A DNA stretch of 63,866 bases, the filler included, from Phoronis australis (taxonomy: Eukaryota; Animalia; Phoronida), in the NCBI GenBank assembly GCA_002633005.1. It is 7 parts of 7 records of this genome, joined end to end, with 100 filler letters (N's around TTAATTAATTAA, not from the genome) between each part and the next. Parts side by side here need not be neighbours in the genome. Positions count along the whole stretch, not along the records: positions 33,718 to 36,958 come from NMRA01003127.1; positions 37,059 to 46,858 come from NMRA01001788.1; positions 46,959 to 58,645 come from NMRA01001682.1; 4 more parts are not named here. One strand, 5' to 3'. Within the stretch, counting starts at the first letter, position 1. Every line of letters starts with the position of its first letter. A model generated the notes under the pieces. That model searched no databases. It had not been told where the DNA came from and saw nothing but the letters and a program-made list of their open reading frames with translations. The translations under genes were made by a program, and so were the position numbers. Positions 36,311 to 48,762 of this stretch are shown here, one piece after another.

Positions 36311-37067
36311 TTGAAGCGTAAAATTAATCAAAAGCTAAGAACCACTAAGTAATGGTTCCTAGTCAAAAGGAGGCACGACCATCGACTATTTCTATAAGTC
36401 AGGAGACGAATAAACCCACCAGGCTGATTTCTTTTCCAAATGCTGATTCCAGAGAGGTTACGTGCTTCGGTTATTCGTCTGTTAGTTTTTACAGAATTTT
36501 CCATTCTTTACATACGGATTTCGATAGCGTGAACAAAAGGTGACAAGTCCATTTATGTGTGTTCTGTTACGCAAAACAGTTCTGTGCCCCCCCCGACCGG
36601 AAGGAGGCAGCTCAAATATTACCCCGCGGCTGAGATAATGTAAAGCTGCGACCTTTGACATTCAATTTCTCAACAATGAGTAGAATAGAAGACCCGTGCC
36701 AACATTAAAGTCCTGTTGGCTTTATGAACAGTTACATTCATTTAAACGGGTTGAGTTTAGCCTGTACACAATCCTTTGAACAAGCTGCCAATTATGATGA
36801 CACCAAAGAGAAAAGCGTTACCCATATATCACCAGAATAGAAACTAACACAGTGTCATCCAGCAGAGTAGAGTACAAGACAATAGATTGTCAGTCAGCCC
36901 ATTTCAACCTGGCTTCTGCTAGAACTCGTGACTCGTGACTAGTCGAGATTAAATTATCNNNNNNNNNNNNNNNNNNNNNNNNNNNNNNNNNNNNNNNNNN
37001 NNTTAATTAATTAANNNNNNNNNNNNNNNNNNNNNNNNNNNNNNNNNNNNNNNNNNNNCGTACTTAC

Positions 37068-37695
37068 ATATTTTCCCAAAAACCCACTGTAACTTCAAAT
37101 CCGTTGGGCAATCCTTTTGAACCTGGTTTTCTTTCGACAAAGCCAGTTCATTGACACATCTGTTCATTTCTTCTTTCGCTGCACTCAAACTTTCGCGCGC
37201 AATTTCTAAATCGGCATCCCGGGACAATGTGTCCTGCTGAGTGGTCTTAAGTTCGTCAAGAAGATGTTTATTTTGCAACAACATCTTACTAAGTGACTCC
37301 TCAGCACCTCTCACCAACATTTCTGACTCGTTCACACTGTGCTCCAAATCATCAAGTTTTCCTCTGAGACTCACATGTTCATTCTCAATTGAGTTTGTTA
37401 TATTCTGAACAGTTTTTTCTAACGCCGTCACTCTCGACTCCAACTGCCCATTCTCAAAGCCCTTTTCATATACAGTTTTCAAAAGCCCCCGAAACATGCC
37501 TTCCAATGCCGCGATTCCATTTTCCAATGATGTCACATTCTCAGAATTTCCTTGATCACATGATCCCTTGTGAACAAACCGTACATCAAATCGACACCTC
37601 TCACGATGGAGCCCAGCCCCAGTTGACTCCCTGCCCACTGTTCCACCAATACACAATACAAGTATCAAGACAATACAACACATTGCTATGTTCAT
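37068..37695 (-). CDS. First coding exon of a secreted coiled-coil protein; C-terminal domain not in this segment
   Basis: A 209-codon open frame with a signal peptide (MCCIVLILVLCIGGTVG), an N-terminal Cys pair (CRFDVRF..SC) and long heptad-rich helices. It ends at a phase-1 donor T|gtaagt at 37068/37067. The layout resembles angiopoietin/FReP- or olfactomedin-type N-termini (inference). Confidence 0.8.
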
Positions 37696-38057
37696 CTAAC
37701 CACAGACACTCTAGCACTAAGACTGACTCAAGACCAAATCAGTCTAAACAATCTGATGGATATACACATGGCCAGCACCTACGTCACAGTCATCAACACT
37801 CATATCACTTCACCACCTGACTGACAACTCCAATTTTACCAGCCACCTTGTTTTTCACTAATGATGTCCGAAAAAGACACACAACTTAAAATGTATCAAA
37901 TACAAACTGACTTTCTCTCATTTTCTCATTAATATAGTTTTTCTTATAATTTCTGAGTTCTGAGCATCAAGGTAAACAAAAAATAAAAAAATCTAATTCA
38001 ATGAAATGTAGTTTTAAAACTACAATGAAATTTGGTGTTACAAATAAATAACAATAA

Positions 38058-38141
38058 AACTTATGCACTAATGTATAGCCCAGGCCCTATCTGCAGTTTA
38101 ACTTATGCACTAATGTATGGCCCAGGCCCTATCTGCAGTTT
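38058..38141. repeat. 42-bp tandem duplication
   Basis: aacttatgcactaatgtat(a/g)gcccaggccctatctgcagttt, two copies. Confidence 0.9.
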
Positions 38142-41100
38142 CCACTATTCATTTAATTACCAGGCAAATAGCTGTACATCAACAAAAGCTAGAAGTGTTC
38201 CTATTGTCCTCTGAATTCACACTGAAGAATGATGGTGTATTTTTAATATTTTATTTTCACATCTCTCCAGCCATAATCTAATACTGTAAATGTTAGTCAA
38301 CAAAAGTCAGTGAAAGTGAAACTGAGTTTTATTCCTTCCTAAGGTCATCATAAAAAAACAAAAAAATCCATCCGCCTACAAATATTAACTGATGAAATAT
38401 GGTACCAACAAGAAATGAGTGGCAATTAAAGAGAATTATTAGGCTTAACACTGCAGCAAGAATGTTGGTATGACACGTGTAGCCTGCCACGGCTCCTACA
38501 CCGATACATAAACTTACATTTGTGGATAGGGTTCACCGCTGATTGTTGTAGGGCAATAGTGAAGGACCTGAGCTGACTCTTTTCACTTTGCTATATATCT
38601 TGCCTGTGCCATCTGAATTTCCCACCAATAAGAAGATTTGAGGATCAGGTACATTCCTGCCCTTATTAACTACTGAGATGTTTGTGATATAATTTCCTTA
38701 ACAACCCATTACAACCACATTCAGGTGTGTATCAACACAAAGGAATGCCGACTAGTATCGCAGGCGTCACTGTTAATTAAAAACAGGTAAAAACAGCGTG
38801 AGCTACTTAGAGGTAACCAAAAATATCTGCAATGTTCATCAAATTTCACAATTATAACCCCTGCTTGTTTGAACCTCTAAAACAAACTGGGGAAATTACT
38901 GGCAATATCTTTTAAAGCAAACTACATATTGCCATACCAAATGTTGGACAGAGTGAAGCAATCTGTCTAAGACAGGAATGGGAAGGTACTGTAATACAGT
39001 AGCCAACCAGGCTGCTTCTGTATTATTAGTTAAAACTAGATAAGGTTTACAGATTGGTTAGTGTTCACAAATTTGACATGATTGAGTATTCATCAGTTTA
39101 TTTGGTTTTAACTTTGATAAATTAGTGATTAAGTAAAAAATTAAGAAAATATTTTCAAGCCTCATCCAGGCACGTTGTTCACCTGATAACTGATGATTGG
39201 CAGGTAATCATGATATACTAACCACTCTATAATCCTTTGAGATGAATAAGTTATGTGAACTCTTCACTATCCTGCCAGTTTGTAAGTCAGGCAGAATCTC
39301 CAATTCAGCTTATTTTTACTTGTTTGTTCACTTGACCTAACTGCCAAACCATCCTGCCTGCTGCCTGAATGTTTGACTAAATTACATGTTTTCAGCATAC
39401 CTTTTAAATGTTTTGCTTACTTTAGGCGGGCATGGGGTGGGGGAGGGGGCTTAAATGCAGCCTTTTCACACTAAGCCACTTGTCATACACAAAATGCATT
39501 GCATACTAATGGAAACACGTCTATTTGAGAGTGGGAAACAAACGTCACAGTGGCAGCCTCTTCAATATCATGTAGACTAGTTGCGAGTCCACTGCTTTCT
39601 TGAGAAGCCCAAGTTGGGAATCAAGATGGGATTGTCAGATAGTACTCAGGTGCAGGTATGAAGGTAACTTGTTCAAGCATTCCCTCAGTCAAAGCTCATC
39701 TCAATTGCAAGTTTATCGTCCCCATCCTAAAATGCCAATCATTTCTGACTCCTCCCCCCTCCCTCCCCAGAAACGCCTCAAGAAATTATCAGCTTTTTAC
39801 GCATGTGGACTCATGTACTTGAAGTACACAAGGAAGAAGTGCAGAAATTATATTAGGGTGGCAAGAAGCAGAACTTTTGATTATTTAACTTGAATAATAC
39901 ATTGTACATATCTCAACATTTTTTTGGAAAAATAGCTTCTGAAACAGTTTTTCAAAAAAATTTTGAAAGAAATGTTTTGATGTTCCGATGGTTGTAAAGT
40001 TTTGATTATCGCTCAAAGTGGTTACAGAGTCATTTGTGAAAGTTATTGTGTGAATATACAGGAACAAAAGTAACAAAGAACAATCTTCCCGCTAATTGCT
40101 GAAGTAGATTCTTCAGGAAAGTTAACAGACAAGAATTATGGAATTCAAAAACTAAACAGTCAAACACTTTTGTTTTCATGAACTGCACTTGTCAACCCAG
40201 GGCTGCTTGAAATTGATATTAACAGTGTCACTACCAAAATGATCAAAAACATGTGTCTATAACTACTAGGCAGTACTCTGAAAGGAGAAGTACCATTACA
40301 TAAACTGAACAGTCTGAACATCAGGCTACCCAAACAACACAACACATGCACTGATGAACATCTCTCCTGACTTATGAACACGGCTCAGTTTACTGATTGA
40401 CAAACACGTCCCTGCACTCACAAAACATGGCTTACGCACATAAAAAGCACGACACTTGGACCACAAACACAGCTCCAATACGTATACATGGATCCTGGAC
40501 TCTTCGCTGAGTCATGCACGTGACTCTTAAGCCACGTCTGGTGAGTGCGGGGTCGTGCTTTTTGGGTCAGTAAGTTAGTTCACAGGTCTGTGAGCCATGT
40601 TCCTGATTGTGCGAACCATGCTGTTTGGGTAGCCTGAATATAAAACGCTGTTTACTTCAGTCAATATAGGCCATAACCAGTGTACCATAGAACTAAACAA
40701 CAAGATAGGTCACAAACATGTTTCTGGAAGGCTCTTGTAGACTGAAGCACAGTGTATATCTGAACAGAATTTTCAATGCAATAAGTAGCAAGTCTAAGAA
40801 TTATGGTACAAACCCATGAATATCAAAAACTGAACGATTCAACTCAATCAATATTTCCAAACAAGTGGATGCCAAAAAATTGCCTATGCACGTTAGCCTT
40901 ATGTGTTGGCATAACTAGGAAAATGGCCTTACTACATAATACTTTCACCTAACTGGGCAAATTTATATTTCAAGACAAAGGGATGTCATACACAAACCAG
41001 CCACCACTTTCACTCATGTACTGCCAGACACCACAAACCAACAACAGTTCTTAAACACACACTTCATCAAGCCAAACTTTCCTAAGAGTGATGAGAAAAC

Positions 41101-41289
41101 CAGTAGTTTCCATGTCAGTAGTTAAACTGGTATTTTCTTTATTACTGTCATTGTGTACTTTCATTATGTAGTCCTAACTATGAGCAACACGAAGTACTGA
41201 AATGCACCACAGTGCATCACAAATGGTATGCTTTTAGAAGTGATCTTTAATAGTAACACGTAATGACTTCTCCGTTTCCCTAATAAAAA

Positions 41290-41970
41290 CCTCGCTGCCA
41301 AATTTCACGAATATCCATCAAGGAACTCCAAATATACAGAATCAATTAAGGCAAAAATGAAATTTGCCACTAGGAGGCACAGTGGTAGTTGGATCCGTCT
41401 GAAAGAAGTTGCCATCTGTTGTCGTGTTCCAAGTAATGCACTTGATGAATTTCTTAATAGAAACTTATACGCAAATTTTATGAAAATTTGTTCATGAACT
41501 CTGAAGATATATACCGGCAGTGCTAAAAATGTTTAATTTTATAACAAATTGCCAATTATCACCATAGTCTTCCCGACATTCAATGAAGTCAGGCCCATTG
41601 TCTTTCCAATAGGTTTAACATACTCAGTGACAGAGCAACAGGTAGAGAGTTAGACTGTGCTTTGCGGCCTGTTTCAGAAAAAATTACTTTTCTCGCTGAT
41701 CATGTCCCTTCAATAGAAGTCTATTTGACAAATTTGATGAAAATCTATCAAGGATATATGCAAACGTAAAAAATTAAACAGCCACTAGGGGACACAGTGG
41801 AAGTCGGAACAGTTCAAAAACTGCATTCATCTGTTGCGAGTTTCATACAAACACATCTGCCAAATCTCATTAACATACTGCAGGGAGTTTATCAGATGCA
41901 GCAGCACACACTCGGACAGAGATGACGGCAATATGAACCCACGTACATACACGTGAGCGCATTATAAAAA
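41290..41970 (+). mobile_element. Possible Helentron-associated (HINE-like) repeat with degenerate internal units
   Basis: Recurrent aaattt(c/g/t)a(t/c)gaa.at and ccactagg.g.cacagtgg motifs (~41367, ~41781). Near the 3' end are ggacaga, a short hairpin cacgt..acgtg and ataaaaa. A related motif set occurs at 12500-12620. The classification is inference. Confidence 0.35.
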
Positions 41971-41983
41971 CAATAATAAGACA

Positions 41984-42394
41984 ATGTACATGAATAAGTT
42001 TTTGACTAAGATTGGTGTTAGAAATTCAGATAGTTGTACTTTTTGTAATTCTCATTCTGAAGACCTTTTTCATTTGTATTGGTCTTGTTTATGTGTCCAA
42101 AGTTTTTGGAAAACTGTTGAAAACTGGACAAAAAACCTCTGCGGAATTGATATGAAACTTGATCATTTTGACGTAATTTTTGGCTCCTTTAATGGACCAA
42201 AAATCATAAATCTACTTTTATGTTTAGGCAAGTACCACATACACAAGCATAGACTTCAGAATGTAGAACTATGTTTTGCACTTTTTAAACATTTTGTTTT
42301 TGATTACTACAAAGTAGAAAAGGTTATGTACTATAACCAGTGCAGGTATCTCGACTTCGAGGAACGATGGGCCCCTCTAGCACCTTTATTTTAA
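41984..42394 (+). mobile_element. L1/Tx1-like LINE 3' fragment (ORF2 zinc knuckle)
   Basis: NKFLTKIG..SDSCTFCNSHSEDLFHLYWSC..VQSFW..INLLLCLGKYHIHK..EK..RW has the CX2CX7-8HX4C-type knuckle and C-terminus of L1/Tx1 ORF2. Confidence 0.88.
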
Positions 42395-43727
42395 TTTATA
42401 CTACATACAACCAATGGCCCCCCTGTGTATGAATGTGAGCGTGACTGTGCGCGCGAATGTTTATACTGTTTGGCNNNNNNNNNNNNNNCCCTTTTGGCAG
42501 TCTAACAGTGACCACTGTATGGACAGTCTAACAGTGACCACTGTCATTAGTGTATGACATAACCAGGCTGATATAGAAACTCTGAATAACTGTGAGCCAC
42601 GGTGCAAAGATGTCAGTTTGAATCTGGACCACAAATCTTTGTTTTCCATTTGAAATTATGTTTTGCCAACAGAGAAAATATAAGAAGTTGTCAGTGCCAA
42701 TGTTTGATATAATTATTACAAATAACTACCATGTAATGTATAAATTGTGCATATTTTATACAAAGTTTATACTAATATTTAGTTGCAATTTATCAAAGAA
42801 CAGACGAACAAGTGAAACTTCAAGAATATGGTGTGTGACAGATATGACATCTCCCAGGCTGAGTATAGCTCAGTATGCGACTACTATAAACTTCTGAACA
42901 GACAAAACAAAAACTTAACAATCTGTACACTCTGTGACAAACATATAAAGTGTTCATCAACTACAAATCATCAGTCAATGCAATTTCACTTGACAAAGAT
43001 CCTCTGCAGTGATGGAAAATCAACATCCCCTCAGTTCAACTCCACTTGTTTAGAAATTATTATGCATACCGGCGACATCTGTTGCAAGCGAGTGTAAGCA
43101 TCTGGTTAAAGAGTATGCCATGCAAAACACCAGGTTAACAGGTTGACTTTTGCATAAAAACATACTAGACTTTGTTTATCAGCCACTGTTAAGTGTTAAA
43201 GTTAGTTAACACTGTCCATCTATATGGTGTAAAATCTCCAAAATATGAATTTGACTTTGAAGTTACTGGTATTTATAATCAGTTGCTGTAATAGTTTTAT
43301 CTTTGATGCCAGACAGTATTGAGCACTGTATTTTAAACCTGCCAAATAAATCCATGTTTGTTGATAACTCGTTAATACATCACTTTCAAAAACTACATTA
43401 ACTGTCACACAAGCTACATAGTTCAATATTAAGTAAGAAAGATATGCGTTATTTATTGATTATAGTTAAAGCCTAAAACAGGTTTTATTTTTGGTATGCT
43501 GAAGTTAAGTTTTAAAAGATGTAATTTTGTACTATGTTAAGAAAAGAGAATAAAAAGTCTGGTTTTTGACAGGTACATGGATAACTAATCAAACTTACTT
43601 GTCATTTCTTGAAGTAAACTGTGAAAACTGAGCATTGAGGCTAAAAATGGAACTGAACCTCAAAAAGTGGTGAGGTCCGGTGTAATCTCAGTGAGTGTAT
43701 GACACCGTCATTAGATACTAACCTTAA

Positions 43728-45683
43728 GGTAGGTGGATACACAAAAAAAATAAATTTTAACTGTTTTTTACATTTTTATGCCATCCTAATCTTTAATTCT
43801 TGGTGCACAGTATACGGAAGAAAAATAAAATTATTCTAAAAATCCAAAGTTGTTTTTTTAGCTATATTTGACCAAGCCTCAGTAAGTCATATGGCTTGAG
43901 TGCTCATCAGCTCAGTGATTGACAACTGGGGCAGAGCTTATATACAAGGACACTAGCTCTAATCTAACCCTGTCAACAAGCATTGCGTAACCCGGCAATG
44001 GAGAGTGTTGTACCAGCTGATATTGGTGTTCTAGCAAGACCAAGAATAAAATAATTCTATTTTTGACCATGTGAAATGTAGTGAAATGGTGAACTAGCTC
44101 CTGTTCTGAGCCTGCGCCTGTTTGTCTAGCTGCAAAAAAATTAAGTTGAGTACGCCAAGCCCTACCGAAGCCATCACTGCACTCAGTTTGAGGAGTCCAT
44201 GCAGAAATTGTGCATGTATAAGAGAAGTCGGTAATATAAGGTCAGGTGTCTTGCGAGAGGACGCTGAGTGTCGACGTGGGTGGTGTTGCACGATTCGGTG
44301 AGAGTGCATGCACGCGCTGTGAAGACAAGCCGCGCAAGACACACGTATGGACAACTACATGCCGTCAGAGTAGAGTCTTCGCAGATAAACCGTGCTTCTG
44401 TCCTGGGAACGCGCCGTGGAGAAACTAGGCTGTCAAACCCGGAGGATTTTTTAACTTGCCACTGGCCGTAACCCAAAAAAATAGAAATTACCCAGTGTTC
44501 AACATAACAAAAATATTCTAGTGCATAGATTCAAACGTAACCCTGAATTAAAACTCATGATATTTTACGATTTTAGAGGAAAGCAATATAAGAAACTTTA
44601 GTAACTTGAGAATCTCACCCAAGCGACGCTATTTGCGCAGAAAGTGATATTTTCTTATCCCAAAGTCCATTCGGTACAGGAACGTAAAAATGTTGAACCA
44701 TTACTATGAAAGTAGTTCTTTATCCTCGTCGGCAATATTGTTATGTAGGCAGAAACGCGGCGATTGGATATAACACATATATTGGTTGATGATAATATTG
44801 GAATACTAACAAATAGGTCTGTGTTAGAGAGTCTTTTACTAACTGAGTGGAGAGTTCAGATGAATCGTATAAACAATCAACACATGGTTTTAATGTGTGG
44901 TCCGCACACCAGTACAGCAGACAATAGATCAACGCTAAGCTCCGCCCACGTGACAGCCATATTTGTTTTGGTCGTCTGTCGTGCTTCACAAGTTCGAAAA
45001 AATGATTAAAATTACGCTGTAAACAAACAGGTATGTCACATTTTCTAAATATGAAGTAAATATCAGCTTTATTTCTAGTACTTCAACAAAAATTGGAACA
45101 TAATGACCACGCATTCTGAACGAAATTTGATCTCAAGTGGCAATCGATGACCGCTTAACTTCAAAGCCGTTTTTCTCGGCTCGTGATTTCAGGATAGTGA
45201 CAAGATTCTCGGGCCTATTTTTCCACAACACGTGGGTCAATTTTAACGAAAGTTGCAAATTTGAAATCCTCTTGGACTGAAGTAAAATCGCGTGCCAGGG
45301 TTTTTTGATAAATGGACCAGATTTTTAGTTATTAGACGGAAAGTGACCAAATGACAAAAAGTGGCGTGCTTGCCCCAACTCACACACAAAAAATGCCACA
45401 AAATCAAGATCATAATGATTTTGTACATATATTTGGTATGGATAAGTAGAATATTGCGTAAGGAAATAGTTGATGATGATCCCTGTGCATTTTGAAAAAA
45501 AAAATCGAGGTAAAATTGGATTTTTTGAAAACTAAAAAATACGATTTTTAAAAAAAAAAAAACTACAAAAAAAATTTTTTTTTCGATTTTTGTCACTTTC
45601 AGAGTAATGTGTAACTAGTTACAACTCCTTTTTTACTCATTTTAGTTAGGAACCTGGAGATTTGATCAGTGTATACACCTACC
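43728..45683. mobile_element. Complete non-autonomous Kolobok-like DNA transposon, 1956 bp
   Basis: TTAA TSD at 43724-43727 and 45684-45687. 15-bp TIR GGTAGGTG(G/T)ATACAC. Removing the element rejoins a unit of the flanking tandem repeat (catcagatactaacc-ttaa-acttctcatc). Confidence 0.9.
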
Positions 45684-45905
45684 TTAAACTTCTCATCATT
45701 ATAATTGTCATCCTGCAGTGACGTCGTGCATGACCTCAATGTATGAGTCATCAGATACTAACCTTAAGCTTCTCATCATTATAATTGTCATCCTGTGGTG
45801 ATGTCGTCCGTGACCTCAGTGAATGACTGCCATCAGATACTAACCTTAAGTTTCTCATCATTATAATTGTCATCCTGTGGTGATGTCGTCCGTGACCTCA
45901 GTGAC
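45684..45905 (-). repeat. 80-82-bp tandem repeat of the Cav1 exon 3' end plus splice donor, 3 copies
   Basis: TTAA cores at 45846, 45764 and 45684. The unit on the minus strand is ..gaggtcacggacgacatcaccacaggatgacaattataatgatgagaa.cttaag|gttagtatctgatg. Confidence 0.92.
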
Positions 45906-46779
45906 TTCTGCAGCTCCTTCTGTTCCTCTTCCTCCTTCTCAATTTCAGTCAAACTCTCCGCATCAGCCAGGTTGTCCACGGCAATGGCCAAGAACACATT
46001 AAGCAGGATGTCTTAACACAGTCAAGGACTGGTCAGCTCATTCACAAGGACTTTGATCAGCATAGTCACATATCACAATTAACTCAATAGTAACCACTTA
46101 GTTCAAGTTGAGAAAGGACCAACTTTATAATATCTGAATAGATCATAGCTGCTCACCTGCACTGGGGCCTTTGTGAAATAGTAAAGGCATGTATTTTGGT
46201 TCACTGGTGACACCTAGTGGTGCTAATAACAAGTAGCCTGCCCTCTATTGGTGATCTACAGTGCCAGCATAATCCAAGTGTTAGGAAACTGTTCAGTCAA
46301 GCTAGACAACATAAACCAGAGTGACCGGGGGCGAATCCAGGATTTTGAGTTAGGGGCGGGGGGCCGGGCACAGCAAAAAACAGAATTTCGCCCAGCCTAA
46401 AATGTAGGTATGCAGGGATCGAATTCTTGTGTTTGTGTACCTTATTGCTAAAAAAATTAAAAAACGGGTTTGTTCAAGGCCTATGCATTGCGCATTCATA
46501 CCCTAGCCCCCCTGGGTGTATGCATATGCTAGTCACCAATTCCTACCCCGAACTGCCCAATGGTATCTTGGAGAATTTCAGGGGGCACGGACCCCTTGCC
46601 CCCCCTCCCAAATCCGCCACTGATACTACACAGCTGATCACCAGAGTAAGGATACAGTTACCAACGATGAAAAGGATGACAAAGTAGAAACAGACCCAGA
46701 TACCACCAGAGCTGTGTACACCACCAAATGAATTGATGCCATCGTACATCACAACATTCCAGTCTTCACCCGTCAGGAT
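45845..46779 (-). CDS. CACNA1D: L-type voltage-gated calcium channel alpha-1 subunit (Cav1), two exons: domain II pore/S6 and start of the II-III linker
   Basis: 46779-46656 encodes [31 protein letters not shown]. 46011-45845 encodes [42 protein letters not shown] is the Cav1 form (Cav2 has NLANAQEL). The symbol stands for the invertebrate Cav1 class, not a specific vertebrate paralogue. Confidence 0.93.
46012..46655 (-). other. U12-type GT-AG intron in Cav1 (IIS6, GN|Y position)
   Basis: 5' splice site GTATCCTTA at 46655. Branch site TCCTTGAC ends 9 nt before the AAG| junction. Confidence 0.92.
46327..46530 (+). repeat. Short GC-rich MITE family (..gg(c/t)g(g/a)atccaggattttgag..); relatives at ~4866 and ~10560-10700
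   Basis: The copies share atccaggattttgag(t/a)t.ggg. Those at 10560 and 46327 also share ggcctatgcattg and ccccctgg. Confidence 0.65.
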
Positions 46780-46958
46780 CTGAAATACAAACGGCACAGG
46801 GATTACAAAGAGCAGTTGTTAAGGTTATGCAGGACCTTAGAAAAAAGTCCCCAAATTTNNNNNNNNNNNNNNNNNNNNNNNNNNNNNNNNNNNNNNNNNN
46901 NNTTAATTAATTAANNNNNNNNNNNNNNNNNNNNNNNNNNNNNNNNNNNNNNNNNNNN

Positions 46959-47499
46959 AAGTGGCAATCGATGACCGCTTAAATTCAAAGCCGTTTTTCT
47001 CGGCTCGCGATTTCAGAATAGTGACAAGATTCTCGGGCCTATTTTTCCACAACACGTGGGTCAATTTTTACGAAATTTGCAAATTTAAAATCCTCTAGGA
47101 CTGAAGAAAAATCGCGTGCCAGGGTTTTTTGATACATGGACCAGATTTTTAGTTATTAGACGGAAAGTGACCAAATGACAAAAACTGGCGTGCTTGCCCC
47201 AACTCACACACAAAAATGCCACAAAATCAAGATCATAATGCTTTTGTAGATATATTCGGTATGGATAAGTAGAATATTGCGTAAGGAAACAGTTGATGAT
47301 GATCCCTGTGCATTTTGAAAAAAAATCGAGGTAAAATTGGATTTTTTGAAAATCAAAAAATACGATTTAAAAAAAAAAAACTACAAAAAACTTTTTTTTC
47401 GATTTTTGTCACTTTCAGAGTCACGTTTAACTAGTTAAAACTCCCTTTTTACTCATTTTAGTTAGGAACCTGGAGATTTGACCAGTGTATACACCTACC
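46959..47499. mobile_element. Right end of a second copy of the 43728-45683 Kolobok-like element
   Basis: Near-identical to 45136-45683. It ends in gtgtatacacctacc followed by TTAA at 47500-47503, with a different flank. Confidence 0.92.
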
Positions 47500-48176
47500 T
47501 TAATCACTGGGAAGCAAAAGTTATGTATTTTCACTTAACTTTTGTTGCAGCAGTGGACAGTGCAAAAGGCACCGGAGGGTCACATCTTGCCATATTTGTC
47601 TATTGCACACACGCCCGCTAGACGTCTTAACGGTCCATGAAACAACAATGTCCGCCAGAGGCAGTCCAATGGGATTTCGCTAGTAGATTTGTCTCCCTCT
47701 GTACGGTCTCTGGCTTAACAGATAAGCTCCATCTTGAGGCTTGGGTTGAGGCTGGTTATTCCGATATATCATTAGTTGGCAAGAGGTGATGCTTTATACA
47801 GCCTCTTTAGTCAAACCTTATCAATTTCGACAGCCATATTCTCCCCACCCACAGTTCTCCAAATGATGTCCCCATGTCCCAGTTTTCCCTGGTTTTCTAC
47901 GGCCAATATTCCCTTGCCTTTATTCTCCTGTCCCTACGTCCTCCGGCTCAAAATTTCTTGGACCTTATGATCGATCTTTTTGGTGCCACCTGGCCTGGTT
48001 CCGTTATAATTTGGGTGTCGTTCCAAGTTTCCTTTATGTTAGAAGGTCAGATGTTTTTGTTAGTCTACATGACATACCTGCTGGCACTTGATTTTCCTCC
48101 CCCGACTGGGGCACTCACCTGTTTTTGCAAATTTTATTTGCCTGCTAAACGATAATTACCTTCAACATTGTTCTAG

Positions 48177-48457
48177 ATCGCGTATTTGCTTTGGAACACC
48201 CCGATGGCCTATACAAGTTCACGTTCACCGATGCCAAGGCCGCCTGTAAAGCCCAGGGAGCCCAGATCGCTGCACCGGAACATCTCGAAGAAGCGTGGAG
48301 GATGGGTTTCGAAAGGTGTCGCTGTGGCTGGCTTAGTAACGGGAGTGTCCGCTACCCGATGCACTATTCGCCTGGTCCTGATTGCGGAGGCTACGAACCA
48401 GGAATTAGAAACTGCGTCGGAAAGAAATTGGCAGATGCATACTGCATTAGATACTGA
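48177..48457 (+). CDS. Terminal exon encoding a Link (Xlink) module
   Basis: Acceptor ttctag|AT (phase 1). Translation RVFALEHPDGLYKFTFTDAKAACKAQGAQIAAPEHLEEAWRMGFERCRCGWLSNGSVRYPMHYSPGPDCGGYEPGIRNCVGKKLADAYCIRY* follows the Link consensus. AATAAA at 48462-48467. Confidence 0.9.
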
Positions 48458-48762
48458 TCCTAATAAAAATTGCAATTTATATGTAACTGCCAACTGTGTC
48501 CCAGTATGATCATGATGAACGAGTTTTCTCTGTTAACACTGACTGACACATATATGAATTTCAAATATAAGACGTAACGAACATGTATATATTGCGTAAA
48601 ACTGATTCAGAGATAAATAGAGAAACGATTACGATCACTTATTTAAATGCAGTTCCGAGATCCATTGTTTGAAGTATGTGTCTCATTAAGAGTGACTCCG
48701 CATAAAACAGGTAGAGTCTATACCAAAATCACAGATTGTTTGAGACATAGCACATGAGTTAA

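Noticed and set aside
43728-45683. piggyBac assignment for the TTAA-flanked elements
   Set aside because: The termini begin GG or AG rather than the CC/CA typical of piggyBac, and related elements here carry THAP remnants, which fits Kolobok better.
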